A stretch of DNA of 64,000 bases from NCBI GenBank assembly GCA_963707505.1, contig CAVPQB010000004.1:704001-768000 (forward strand), in the 5' to 3' direction. This DNA comes from an uncultured Gemmatimonadales bacterium. Lineage in GTDB: Bacteria > Gemmatimonadota > Gemmatimonadetes > Gemmatimonadales > Gemmatimonadaceae. How positions within the stretch are numbered: position 1 is the first letter of the stretch; the number at the start of each line of letters is the position of its first letter. The translations under genes and the position numbers were made by a program. Below the pieces are notes generated by a model. The model was not told the DNA's origin, ran no database searches, and was given only the letters and a program-made list of their open reading frames with translations. This document shows positions 37,252 to 46,624 of the stretch, piece after piece.

Positions 37252-40200
37252 ATGCCTGTATCGCGATGGCTTCGGTTCATCACTCTTGGTGCTGCCAGTG
37301 TTGCGGCGCCGCTCTCTGCCCAGGCTCCAGCTGCACGGGCGTCATCTGCTCCGGCGCTTGACTCGGCGACTCTCGCCGGCTTCAGGTGGCGAAACGTCGG
37401 GCCGGCGAACATCGGCGGCCGCGTCACGAGCATCGCGGGCATTCCGTCTCCGTCGCGCACGTTCTTTGTGGCGACCGCCGCGAGCGGCATCTGGAAGACC
37501 ACTAACGCCGGCACGACCTTCGAGCCGGTGTTCGAGCACGAGCCAGTCAGCTCGATGGGTGAGATCGCGATAGCTCCATCGGATACGAACGTCATCTACG
37601 CCGGCACTGGCGAGGAAGACTCGCGAAATTCGATCTCGCCTGGCGGCGGCATGTACAAGAGCACGGACGGCGGCCACAAGTGGACGTTCATCGGACTCAA
37701 GGAAACGCAGCAGATCGGACGCATAGTTGTAAGTCCCAAGGATCCGAACACCGTTTACGTCGCGGCACTCGGGCACGCGTGGGGGCCGAACAAGGAACGC
37801 GGTCTGTACAAGACCACTGATGGTGGTACGAGCTGGAAGCTGATCAAGTTCATCAGTGACAAGGCTGGTTTTGTCGATGTGGCGATGGACCCGTCCGATC
37901 CGAACACGTTGTACGCAGCGAGCTGGGAGCGCGTGCGTGGCCCGTACTTCCTCAAGAGCGGCGGCCCTGGTAGCGCGCTCTGGAAGACGACCGATGCCGG
38001 CGCAACGTGGGCGGAGATCAAGGGCGGCGGCTTTCCGGCGACGATGAAGGGTCGCATCGGGCTCGCCATCGCGCCGAGCAATTCGAAGATCGTCTATGCA
38101 ATAGTCGAAGCGGATTCGCTGCCGAATCCGAAAAAGAGCACCAGCACCAAGGGACGGCAGAAGCTTGAGAGCGGATTGTATCGTTCCGAGGACGCTGGCG
38201 CCACGTGGACGAAGATGAACGATCACGACGAGCGGCCGTTCTACTACTCGCAGGTGCGAGTCGATCCCAAGGATCCGAATCGTGTGTACTGGTCATCGAC
38301 GCCCGTCAATTTCTCTGACGATGGCGGCAAGACTGTTCGCAATGCGACCATCGGCATTCACGTCGATCACCACGCAATGTGGATCGATCCGAATGATCCT
38401 GCGCACTTCATCGTCGGCGACGACGGCGGAATCTCGCAGACGTGGGACAGAGGCGGCAACTTCGACTTCATCAACACGATCGCGATCGGCCAGTTCTACG
38501 CCGTGAGCTACGACATGGCGATTCCATACCGCGTCTGCGGGGGATTGCAGGACAACGGCTCGATGTGCGGTCCGAGCCGCCGCGCCCGCGGCAACATCAC
38601 CAACGCGATGTGGTTTGTGACGGGAGGCGGTGACGGCTTTTACACCGCTCAGGATCAGACGAATCCAGATATCATCTACGCCGAGTCGCAGGGTGGGGCA
38701 GTGGGACGCCTGAACTACGCGACCGGTGAGCGTTCACAGATTCGCAAGCCGTCGTACCGCGAGCGCTATCAGCAATTCGAGGATTCGCTGGTCATCGCGC
38801 GCGGCGATACCACGCAGCCTGAAACGCCATCGATGAAGAAGACGCTCGCAGAGATACGAGCGCGCCAGCGCGCAGACTCGGTAATCTCCGACATGCGCTT
38901 CAACTGGGAGTCTCCGTACTTCCTGTCGGCGCACGCGCCGCAGACGCTCTACATGGGCGGCAATCGTGTTCTCAAGTCGCTCGATCGCGGCGACCACATG
39001 TTTCCGATCTCGCCGGATCTCTCCACGCAGGATACGGCGAAGATCAACATCAGCATGCACACCACCGGCGGTATCACGCTGGACGCGACCGGGGCCGAGA
39101 CGTATGGAACGATCACAACGCTCGCCGAGTCGCCGATCCGTGCAGGATTACTGTATGCGGGCACTGACGACGGTAATGTCTGGCTGACTCGCAACGACGG
39201 AGCAACGTGGGAAAATCTCACGACGCATTTCTCCGGCGTCCCGAAGAACACCGATGTGAGTCGCATCGAGCCGTCTGCATTCGACTCTGCGACGTTCTAC
39301 GTAACGTTCGACAATCACGAGCGGAACGATTTCACGCCGTACGTATTCGTGACGACCGATTTCGGCAAGACGTTCCGCTCGATCGCGAACAACATTCCGA
39401 CCGACGCGCCGAACTGGGTGCGTGTCATTCGCGAGGATCCCGTCAACCGGGATCTGCTGTTCCTCGGTACAGATGTCGCGGCGTATGTGTCCATGGATCG
39501 CGGCGCAAACTGGCAGCGCTTCATGACGGGTCTTCCGACCGTGCCGGTGTACGACCTAAAGATTCAGCCGCGCGATCACGAGTTGATAGCGGGCACGCAC
39601 GGACGCAGCATCTGGATCGTGGACATCGCGCCACTCGAGCAGATGAAGGATGCCGGTGCGCGCGGCAGCGGCACCCACTTCTTCACGCCGTCCACCGCGT
39701 TCGAGTACGGCGAGTCGCCTGTGGAGGGTCAGGAGATTGGGCAGAAGGCCTTCCAGGGCACCAGTGTGCCGTACGGCGCACAGTTCACATATCGTCTTGC
39801 GTCGGGTGTGCGTGACTCGGTCAAGTTCACGGTTACGAGCGCGAGTGGAGATACGGTTGCGATCGTGAACGGACCACGGGCGTCTGGTGCGGCGATCGAG
39901 CGTGCGTACTGGGACTTCCGCACCAGGACCAAGCCGGAGCCGCTGTCGCCTTCGCAGCATCGCGATAGCGTCGAGTACATGCACCGCGTCGACTTCGTGA
40001 TCGACTCGATGACGAAGGCTGGTGGCAACGCTGCCGAGCTGACGCGCATCAAGGCGCAGCTCGTGAGCGGCGGTGGCGGCTTTGGTGGCTTTGGCCGTGG
40101 TGGTGCGCCGAGCGAGCGGTTCGTCGCCCGTCCGGCTGAGTCACCGGCGCCGCGGGCGCCAGGTGCCGCAGGTGCCGCAGGTGCCGCAGGTGCCGCAGGC

Positions 40201-40518
40201 GCTGGGCGTCCGGGAGCAGCCGGTGCGCGCGGTGGCGCGCGTGGCGGCGCTGGCGGTCCTGGCGGGGAAGCGCCGATCGACCAGACGCTCCTTAGAGAGG
40301 TTTTCCAGCTCGTCCGGATTCCCGGTAGCAGCTATCCCGCCGGTCGCGGGTTCGGCGGTCGCTCGGCGCCGTTGGCTGGCAGCGGCGACTACCTGGTAAC
40401 GATGACGGTGGGCAGCGAGGTACAGCGCCAGACGGTCCACGTCGAGCGCAGCCCGGGCCTCGACGACGACACGTCGTCCGGTTTTGGGGGCGAGGAAGAA
40501 CAAGACGGCAACCCGTAA
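37252..40518 (+). CDS. Exported VPS10/BNR-repeat beta-propeller protein
   Basis: Signal peptide, WRNVGP, many Asp-boxes (S/T-x-DGG-x-T/S-W), GGLQDNGS, THGRS. Confidence 0.92.
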   Translation: MPVSRWLRFITLGAASVAAPLSAQAPAARASSAPALDSATLAGFRWRNVGPANIGGRVTSIAGIPSPSRTFFVATAASGIWKTTNAGTTFEPVFEHEPVSSMGEIAIAPSDTNVIYAGTGEEDSRNSISPGGGMYKSTDGGHKWTFIGLKETQQIGRIVVSPKDPNTVYVAALGHAWGPNKERGLYKTTDGGTSWKLIKFISDKAGFVDVAMDPSDPNTLYAASWERVRGPYFLKSGGPGSALWKTTDAGATWAEIKGGGFPATMKGRIGLAIAPSNSKIVYAIVEADSLPNPKKSTSTKGRQKLESGLYRSEDAGATWTKMNDHDERPFYYSQVRVDPKDPNRVYWSSTPVNFSDDGGKTVRNATIGIHVDHHAMWIDPNDPAHFIVGDDGGISQTWDRGGNFDFINTIAIGQFYAVSYDMAIPYRVCGGLQDNGSMCGPSRRARGNITNAMWFVTGGGDGFYTAQDQTNPDIIYAESQGGAVGRLNYATGERSQIRKPSYRERYQQFEDSLVIARGDTTQPETPSMKKTLAEIRARQRADSVISDMRFNWESPYFLSAHAPQTLYMGGNRVLKSLDRGDHMFPISPDLSTQDTAKINISMHTTGGITLDATGAETYGTITTLAESPIRAGLLYAGTDDGNVWLTRNDGATWENLTTHFSGVPKNTDVSRIEPSAFDSATFYVTFDNHERNDFTPYVFVTTDFGKTFRSIANNIPTDAPNWVRVIREDPVNRDLLFLGTDVAAYVSMDRGANWQRFMTGLPTVPVYDLKIQPRDHELIAGTHGRSIWIVDIAPLEQMKDAGARGSGTHFFTPSTAFEYGESPVEGQEIGQKAFQGTSVPYGAQFTYRLASGVRDSVKFTVTSASGDTVAIVNGPRASGAAIERAYWDFRTRTKPEPLSPSQHRDSVEYMHRVDFVIDSMTKAGGNAAELTRIKAQLVSGGGGFGGFGRGGAPSERFVARPAESPAPRAPGAAGAAGAAGAAGAGRPGAAGARGGARGGAGGPGGEAPIDQTLLREVFQLVRIPGSSYPAGRGFGGRSAPLAGSGDYLVTMTVGSEVQRQTVHVERSPGLDDDTSSGFGGEEEQDGNP
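40160..40199 (+). repeat. In-frame 9-bp tandem repeat (CAGGTGCCG)x4 encoding GAA repeats
   Basis: Four exact copies plus CAGG inside a Gly/Ala-rich linker. Confidence 0.9.
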
Positions 40519-40538
40519 CGGGCGCTGTTTCGGGCCCT

Positions 40539-40572
40539 TTACCGGGCCGCGGCGAACGTCGCGGCCCGGTAA
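40539..40572 (+). terminator. Strong hairpin after the VPS10 gene
   Basis: TTACCGGGCCGCGGCG-aa-CGTCGCGGCCCGGTAA; no U tract. Confidence 0.5.
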
Positions 40573-40618
40573 GGACGGATCCAAGGACGGGTCTCCGGAA
40601 TAATACGGAAATTGGGGC

Positions 40619-40646
40619 TTGCGTATTCTCCCGGGCAGGGTAAATT
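40619..40646 (+). promoter_or_regulatory. Candidate sigma70 promoter for the csp leader
   Basis: TTGCGT-16 bp-TAAATT. Confidence 0.5.
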
Positions 40647-40693
40647 CGTTAGTGCGACGCGTGCATTCGTGTACGACAAGTTCCCATGTAAAT

Positions 40694-40721
40694 AGGAGCC
40701 TGGTATTGCAGGCTCCTTTTT
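40694..40721 (+). terminator. Intrinsic terminator upstream of csp, in its putative leader
   Basis: AGGAGCCTG-gtattg-CAGGCTCCT followed by TTTT. Confidence 0.75.
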
Positions 40722-40851
40722 GCTGTCCGGCGTTGCAGTCGGGTTAAAACCCGATCCGGGCTAGGATCCCCATCGTGAGGGCAATGATCACGAACACTAC
40801 TCATGGTCGTACGGCATACCCATTCCGACCAAAACTGCAAAAGGACAAAGA

Positions 40852-41061
40852 ATGCGTACGACCGGTACTGTTAAGTGGTTCAACGACGCGAAGGGCTTCG
40901 GCTTCATTACGCCTGAGAATGGTACGAAGGATTGCTTCGTTCATCATTCCGCGATTGGTGGATCCGGCTTCAAGACTCTCGCCGAAGGCGAGCGCGTCGA
41001 GTTCGAGATCGTGCAGGGCCAGAAAGGTCCCGCGGCCGAGAACGTAACGAAGATCGGCTAG
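40852..41061 (+). CDS. Cold-shock protein (CspA family)
   Basis: [15 protein letters not shown] (RNP1), FVHHSAI (RNP2), [15 protein letters not shown]. Confidence 0.98.
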   Translation: MRTTGTVKWFNDAKGFGFITPENGTKDCFVHHSAIGGSGFKTLAEGERVEFEIVQGQKGPAAENVTKIG

Positions 41062-41082
41062 TAGTCGAGCCACTTTTCGAAT

Positions 41083-41119
41083 AAAGAGCCAGATCGCGAA
41101 AGCGGTCTGGCTCTTTTTT
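41083..41119 (+). terminator. Intrinsic terminator of csp
   Basis: AAAGAGCCAGATCGC-gaaa-GCGGTCTGGCTCTTT followed by TTT. Confidence 0.9.
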
Positions 41120-41356
41120 GCGATTCGGCGATCGCCAGCAGCGACGGACGCAACGCCGTATCTTGGGAAACGCCGACGCCGATACGGACCATATCGGACC
41201 AACGCCAACGCCACCGCCCGCCAACGCCGCTCACATATGCGCTTGCGATTCTCTCCCGCGGTTCTTACGCTGGTCATGCCGACGAGCGCCGCCGGGGGAT
41301 CCGTGCGGGCTCGATCCGCAGATATGACTCTACCAACCAATGACTGGAGCGAATCA

Positions 41357-41911
41357 ATGTCCATACTGAAAATTGTCATCGCCGGATTATCAGCGGGTAC
41401 GCTTGCCGCGTGCGCGTCCGCCGGTGCACCGCTTCGCGCAGCTCCGGCCGCCGCGAGTGCCAATGCGGTTGTCATGAGCTCCGCGGGCGAACGCGTCGGA
41501 ACCGCGACACTTACGCAGGATGCTGGCGGAACGGTGCACGTCCATATGCAAGTCGCAGGACTCCCGCCCGGTCTACATGGAGTTCACATACATGCGGTTG
41601 GCTCATGCGTTGCGCCGGCGTTCAGCTCTGCCGGCGGTCATTTCAATCCCGAATCAAAACATCACGGGTTGAACAACCCTTCCGGACCACATGCGGGCGA
41701 TCTTCCGAACATGACCGTGGATGCATCGGGCAATGCTGAGTACGATGCGAGAACCAGCCGCGTGTCGCTGACGCCGGGTGCACACAGCCTGTTCGATGCC
41801 GACGGAAGCTCGCTGGTGATCCACGCGACGGCAGATGATAACGTGAGCGATCCGGCCGGTAATGCAGGTGCGCGCATAGCGTGCGGGGAGATCAAGTCAG
41901 GCACCGCCTGA
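41357..41911 (+). CDS. sodC: Cu/Zn superoxide dismutase lipoprotein
   Basis: Lipobox LAAC, HGVHIH, GGHFNP, HAGDLPN, VIHA, GNAGARIACG. Confidence 0.96.
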   Translation: MSILKIVIAGLSAGTLAACASAGAPLRAAPAAASANAVVMSSAGERVGTATLTQDAGGTVHVHMQVAGLPPGLHGVHIHAVGSCVAPAFSSAGGHFNPESKHHGLNNPSGPHAGDLPNMTVDASGNAEYDARTSRVSLTPGAHSLFDADGSSLVIHATADDNVSDPAGNAGARIACGEIKSGTA

Positions 41912-41961
41912 CGATTCGCGACGGATCCTGGCGTGGCGACCGGCCGGGCAAAGCGTAAGAT

Positions 41962-41976
41962 TGTATACGATATCCA
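41962..41976. promoter_or_regulatory. Palindromic operator candidate, copy 1
   Basis: TGTATACGATATCCA directly after -10-like TAAGAT, 50 bp upstream of the M1 peptidase ATG. Confidence 0.6.
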
Positions 41977-42026
41977 GTTCCGGCCGGCCGTCGTTCGCCC
42001 GACCTGTCACTCTGCCAACTTCAGAT

Positions 42027-43733
42027 ATGCGAAAGATCACTCTTTTCGGTGCGACCACTCTCGCGATGGGCGTGGTTGCACTCGCCCCGATCGTGCCGGT
42101 TGCCGCTCAACAAAACGCCCCTCGCGTGTTCACTCATGCCGATACGCTACGCGGCAGCGACACGCCCGAGCGCGCATGGTGGGACGCAACGTTTTACGAT
42201 CTGCATGTGAAGGTCGATCCATCCGACAGCACGATCAGCGGTTATAACGGCATCACGTACCGCATCGTCAAGCCTGCGCGCGAGATGCAGGTCGATCTTC
42301 AGGTCCCGATGGAGGTCGACAGTATGGTGCAGGACGGGCACAAGGTCACGTATCGGCGTGACGGGAACGCCTTCTTCGTCTCGCTCGTAGCGCCGCAGCC
42401 CGTCGGGCAGAGCAAGTCGATGACGGTGTTCTACCATGGAAGGCCGCGCGTGGCGAAACGCGCTCCGTGGGATGGCGGCTTCGTATGGGCGCACGACAGT
42501 GCGGGCCACTCCTGGATCGCGACGGCATGCGAGGGCTTGGGCGCCAGCGTGTGGTGGCCCAACAAGGATCTGGAGGCCGACGAGCCCGACAGTCAGCGCA
42601 TCGCCATAACCGTACCGGACTCGATCATCGATGTTTCCAACGGGCGGTTGCGGAAGACCACGCGCAACGCTGATCACACGACCACGTATGACTGGTTCGT
42701 CGAGAATCCGATCAACAACTATGATGTCGAAGTCAACGCCGGCAGATACGCACACTTCAGCGATACCTACAAGGGCGAGGACGGTACTCTGACACTCGAC
42801 TTCTGGCCGCTCGCCTACAACCTCGACAAGGCGAAGAAGCAGTTCCCGCAGGCGAAGTCCATGCTCGCATGCTTCGAGCACTGGTTCGGTCCGTACCCAT
42901 GGTACAAGGACGGCTACAAGCTCATCGAGGCTCCGCACCTCGGTATGGAGCATCAGAGTGGCGTCGCGTACGGCAACCACTACGAGAACGGATACCTGGG
43001 ACGAGATCTCTCGAAGACTGGTTGGGGACTCAAGTGGGACTTCATCATCGTGCACGAGAGCGCGCACGAGTGGTGGGGGAACAGCCTGACGGCGAAGGAT
43101 CACGCCGACATGTGGATCCACGAGAGCTTCGCGAATTATTCGGAGAATCTCTACACTGAGTGTCAGGACGGGAAGGCCGCAGGTGCGGCGTACGTGATCG
43201 GCACACGCAAGCTGATCAGGAACGACAAGCCAATCGTCGGGCACTTCAATGTGAACGATGAAGGCTCCGGCGACATGTACTACAAGGGCGGGAACATGCT
43301 GCACACGATTCGTCAGATCGTGAACAACGACGAGAAGTGGCGCGGCATACTGCGCGGACTGCAGAAGACCTACCGGCACCAGGTTGTAAGCGGAACTGAA
43401 GTGGAGAACTACATCAGCAAGCACGCCGGCATCGATCTCAGCAAGGTGTTCCAGGAATATCTCGATACGACGATGGTGCCAACGCTCGAGTATCGCATCA
43501 ACGGCTCCGAGTTGTCGTATCGCTGGTCAAACGTCGTTCCCGGCTTCGCGATGCCGGTGAAGGTGTCGCTCACGGATAACGGAACCGCATTCATTTATCC
43601 GTCAGAGGCGTGGAAGACGACGCGGCTGTCGCTCAAGTCGCCCGATTCGTTTCATGTCGACGAGAACTTCTATGTCAATTCGCAGAACATGGATAAACCG
43701 ACCGAGAAGCCGGCGTCGGTCGCTTCGCGGTAA
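42027..43733 (+). CDS. Exported M1 family aminopeptidase
   Basis: Signal peptide, GMEHQ, HESAHEWWGN...WIHESF, DMYYKG. Confidence 0.94.
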   Translation: MRKITLFGATTLAMGVVALAPIVPVAAQQNAPRVFTHADTLRGSDTPERAWWDATFYDLHVKVDPSDSTISGYNGITYRIVKPAREMQVDLQVPMEVDSMVQDGHKVTYRRDGNAFFVSLVAPQPVGQSKSMTVFYHGRPRVAKRAPWDGGFVWAHDSAGHSWIATACEGLGASVWWPNKDLEADEPDSQRIAITVPDSIIDVSNGRLRKTTRNADHTTTYDWFVENPINNYDVEVNAGRYAHFSDTYKGEDGTLTLDFWPLAYNLDKAKKQFPQAKSMLACFEHWFGPYPWYKDGYKLIEAPHLGMEHQSGVAYGNHYENGYLGRDLSKTGWGLKWDFIIVHESAHEWWGNSLTAKDHADMWIHESFANYSENLYTECQDGKAAGAAYVIGTRKLIRNDKPIVGHFNVNDEGSGDMYYKGGNMLHTIRQIVNNDEKWRGILRGLQKTYRHQVVSGTEVENYISKHAGIDLSKVFQEYLDTTMVPTLEYRINGSELSYRWSNVVPGFAMPVKVSLTDNGTAFIYPSEAWKTTRLSLKSPDSFHVDENFYVNSQNMDKPTEKPASVASR

Positions 43734-43758
43734 AGTGTGGTGGCAGTCGGTTGCCCCG

Positions 43759-43792
43759 CATGGGACTGAGGAATCCATTCCTCAGTCCCATG
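43759..43792. repeat. Perfect 16-bp inverted repeat
   Basis: CATGGGACTGAGGAAT-cc-ATTCCTCAGTCCCATG. Confidence 0.85.
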
Positions 43793-43905
43793 GGTGTGGG
43801 GGCGCATCGTTCTCAAGGCCGTGCGGTCGCGCGACAGTCGGTCTGTACGATCGCGAACCGCGGGCCAACCACTATGAACCCGCTGCGCGGTCGTAAATTG
43901 CGCGC

Positions 43906-46308
43906 ATGACGCTGCCGCCAAAATTCAGTCCGGCACCGCATAACGGGGTGCTGGCAGAAAGCTCGCCGGATCCAATTCTCACGATCGACGAGGCAAGCAC
44001 CATCGTCTTCGCGAACGATGCTGCGGAGCGTGCGTTTGGATACAGCGTCTCGGAAATGGTCGGACACTCGCTTCACATGCTGATTCCGACGGATCTCCGG
44101 GAGCGGCATGACGTCGGTGTCGCGCATTACGTGCACACGGGTGTGCGACGGATCGCATGGCAGGGGCTGCGGGTGCCGATCCGCACGAAGTCCGGCGCGG
44201 AGTTACCTGTCGAGATCTCATTCGGCGAGTTCGAGTGGGAAGGTCGCAGGCTGTTCTCCGGATTCCTGCGCGACATATCACAACAGGTCGAGAGTGAGCG
44301 CGTCATTGCCGCAGCCAACGCTCAGCTTGAGGAGCAGGCAAGCGAGCTGGAGCAGCAGGTGGAAGAAGCGCAGATGCTGGCTGAGGAGCTCGAGCAGAGC
44401 AACGCCGAGGCCAAGCTGCGCGCGGATGTTGCCGCGTCGTCCGCCGAGCGCGCAAGGCGGCTACTCGCGCTTTCCACGGAGCTGAACAAGGCTAGCACGG
44501 CATCGGACGTGGCCGACCTGATACTCGACGCGGGAATGTCGGCAGTGGGCGCCGACGCGGGATCATTCGCGGTGATCTCGCACGACGACCATGGCCGCGC
44601 GCAATTCGAAGTAATTCGTATCCGTGGCTTCAGCGCGGAGCTCTCGAACGCGTACCGTCGTTTCGATCTGCAGCCAGGCCGCCCGCTTTCCGACGCGGTG
44701 CTTCGCGGCGATCCGGTTCTCGTACGGTCGCGTGAAGATGCGCGACGACGGTATCCCACTGTTGCCGAGGTTGGCTACGAGGGGTTCGTTGCGTTACCGG
44801 TGTTCATCGGCGGCCTTGCGGTGGCAACGATCGCGTTCAGCTTCAGTGAGCCGCAGGAATTCGACGAGGCGACAGAGACGTTCCTCCGCACCGTGGGACA
44901 ACAGTGTGCGCAGGCGCTCGAGCGGGCGCGCCTTTATGATGACCGTGCCGTCCAGGCCGAACGCGGCGGATTTCTGGCCGCGGCCAGCAAGCTGCTGTCA
45001 TCATCGCTCGACTACGAGGCAACCCTCACATCGCTTGCAGAAGCAGCGGTCCCGACGCTGGGCGATTGGTGCGCCGTGGACATCGTGAGGGAGCCGGGGT
45101 TACGAGAATGGCCACCGCGGCTCACCAGACTCGCGGTGGCACACCAGGATCCGGTGAAGCGCGCACTCGGACTTACGCTGGAGGAGCGTTTCCCGATCGA
45201 CTGGAATTCAGACGGTGGCACACCCGCCGTGATGCGCGACGGTGCAACGCAATTCATTCCGTATCTAACGGATGACATGCTTCGTCGCGTCGCGCGCAGT
45301 GCGGAGCACCTGGCCGCGTTGCAGGAGCTGCGCTTCTCATCGGTCATCATGGTGCCGTTACAGGCCCGTGGTCTCACACACGGCGTCCTTACGCTCGTGA
45401 TGGGCGAGTCCGGGCGCCACTATACGAGGGACGACGTTGCACTGGCCAACGATCTTGCGGCGCGCGCGGCGACCGCGATCGATAATGCGCGCCTGTTCCG
45501 TGAGGCGCAGACGGCAAGAGCGGTTGCGGAGGCGGCGACGGTGCGTGCGGCGTCAGCGAACAAGGCGAAGAGCAACTTTCTCGCAACGATGTCGCATGAG
45601 ATCCGAACGCCGATCAACGCAGTGCTCGGCTATGCCGAGCTTCTTGCGCTGGAGCTGGCAGGCCCGCTGACCGAGGAGCAGCGCGCGCAGCTGGCCCGGA
45701 TTCGCGCGAGCACCGTACATCTTCTCACGCTTGTAAACGACGTGCTCGATCTCGCGAAGATCGAATCCGGCACGTTGCGAGTGGACACGGGTGAAGTGTT
45801 GGCGTCGGATACGATGAACGCCGCGCTCTCACTGGTGGCTCCTCTGGCTGTTGCGAAGGGGGTTCGAATCAGCGAGCGCTGCAGCGGCGCCTGCGACGCG
45901 GGTACACCGCGGTACGTAGGCGATCCAGATCGGGTGCGGCAGATACTGGTCAATCTGATAGCCAATGCCGTGAAGTTCACGGACCCGGGCGGCGCCGTGA
46001 GCGTCGGTTGCAGCTTGGTCAATCATATGTCAGGCGGCCACTCCATCGCCTTCAGCATTCGCGACACTGGGATCGGCATTCCGCGGGATCAACTGGAGCA
46101 CATTTTCGAGGCATTCGTGCAGGGAGAGAGTGACCGTGGCAGCCCTTATACGCGCGAGCAGGCCGGCACAGGGCTCGGGCTTGCGATCAGCCAACAGCTC
46201 GCGCACAGGATGGGGGGTGAGATAACGGTGGAGAGCGAACCGGGGGCAGGTTCGGTGTTTACGTTGCTGATGCCCGCAGCGGAGCCGCAGGGGGCAGGTC
46301 TCGAGTAA
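43906..46308 (+). CDS. Cytoplasmic sensor histidine kinase (PAS, two GAF, HisKA, HATPase)
   Basis: PAS ANDAAERAFGY, two GAF-like blocks, MSHEIRTP, NAVKFT, DTGIG, GTGLGL. Confidence 0.95.
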   Translation: MTLPPKFSPAPHNGVLAESSPDPILTIDEASTIVFANDAAERAFGYSVSEMVGHSLHMLIPTDLRERHDVGVAHYVHTGVRRIAWQGLRVPIRTKSGAELPVEISFGEFEWEGRRLFSGFLRDISQQVESERVIAAANAQLEEQASELEQQVEEAQMLAEELEQSNAEAKLRADVAASSAERARRLLALSTELNKASTASDVADLILDAGMSAVGADAGSFAVISHDDHGRAQFEVIRIRGFSAELSNAYRRFDLQPGRPLSDAVLRGDPVLVRSREDARRRYPTVAEVGYEGFVALPVFIGGLAVATIAFSFSEPQEFDEATETFLRTVGQQCAQALERARLYDDRAVQAERGGFLAAASKLLSSSLDYEATLTSLAEAAVPTLGDWCAVDIVREPGLREWPPRLTRLAVAHQDPVKRALGLTLEERFPIDWNSDGGTPAVMRDGATQFIPYLTDDMLRRVARSAEHLAALQELRFSSVIMVPLQARGLTHGVLTLVMGESGRHYTRDDVALANDLAARAATAIDNARLFREAQTARAVAEAATVRAASANKAKSNFLATMSHEIRTPINAVLGYAELLALELAGPLTEEQRAQLARIRASTVHLLTLVNDVLDLAKIESGTLRVDTGEVLASDTMNAALSLVAPLAVAKGVRISERCSGACDAGTPRYVGDPDRVRQILVNLIANAVKFTDPGGAVSVGCSLVNHMSGGHSIAFSIRDTGIGIPRDQLEHIFEAFVQGESDRGSPYTREQAGTGLGLAISQQLAHRMGGEITVESEPGAGSVFTLLMPAAEPQGAGLE

Positions 46309-46388
46309 AGACGGCGGGCGGTCCGGAGTCCGGCAATAGCGAACGCAGGCCCGAGCAAATTGCGTGCTTGCCCTTTCCGTGCACGGAC

Positions 46389-46424
46389 CGGATATTATAT
46401 CCGTGCCAGCGGATATTGTATCCA
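46389..46424. promoter_or_regulatory. Tandem palindromic operator candidates, copies 2 and 3
   Basis: CGGATATTATATCCG (46389-46403, perfect palindrome) and CGGATATTGTATCCA (46410-46424), 21 bp apart, upstream of susC. Confidence 0.7.
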
Positions 46425-46624
46425 TAATCTTACATAGCAGTCGTTCTGCCCCGTACCATTTCGAGCACGCGCCCTAGTCGACGCGTGTCCCGCAGGCCGT
46501 TTCACCACGGTCAACGGCGAAAGTGCCAACCGGACTTACGCCCTGTCGCACGGAGCTGACCGTCGGTGGAGTACCTGAAGGCTGGAAAGTGTGCACGTCC
46601 CTCTGCCCCCTCTGGAGGACCCAA

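Noticed and set aside
41130..41232. AACGCC/ACGCC low-complexity stretch between csp and sodC
   Set aside because: Irregular, short and expected by chance in high-GC DNA
46430..46624. TPP, cobalamin or c-di-GMP riboswitch in the susC leader
   Set aside because: Only weak fragments (GCTGAC, ACCTGA); conserved cores such as CTGAGA are missing
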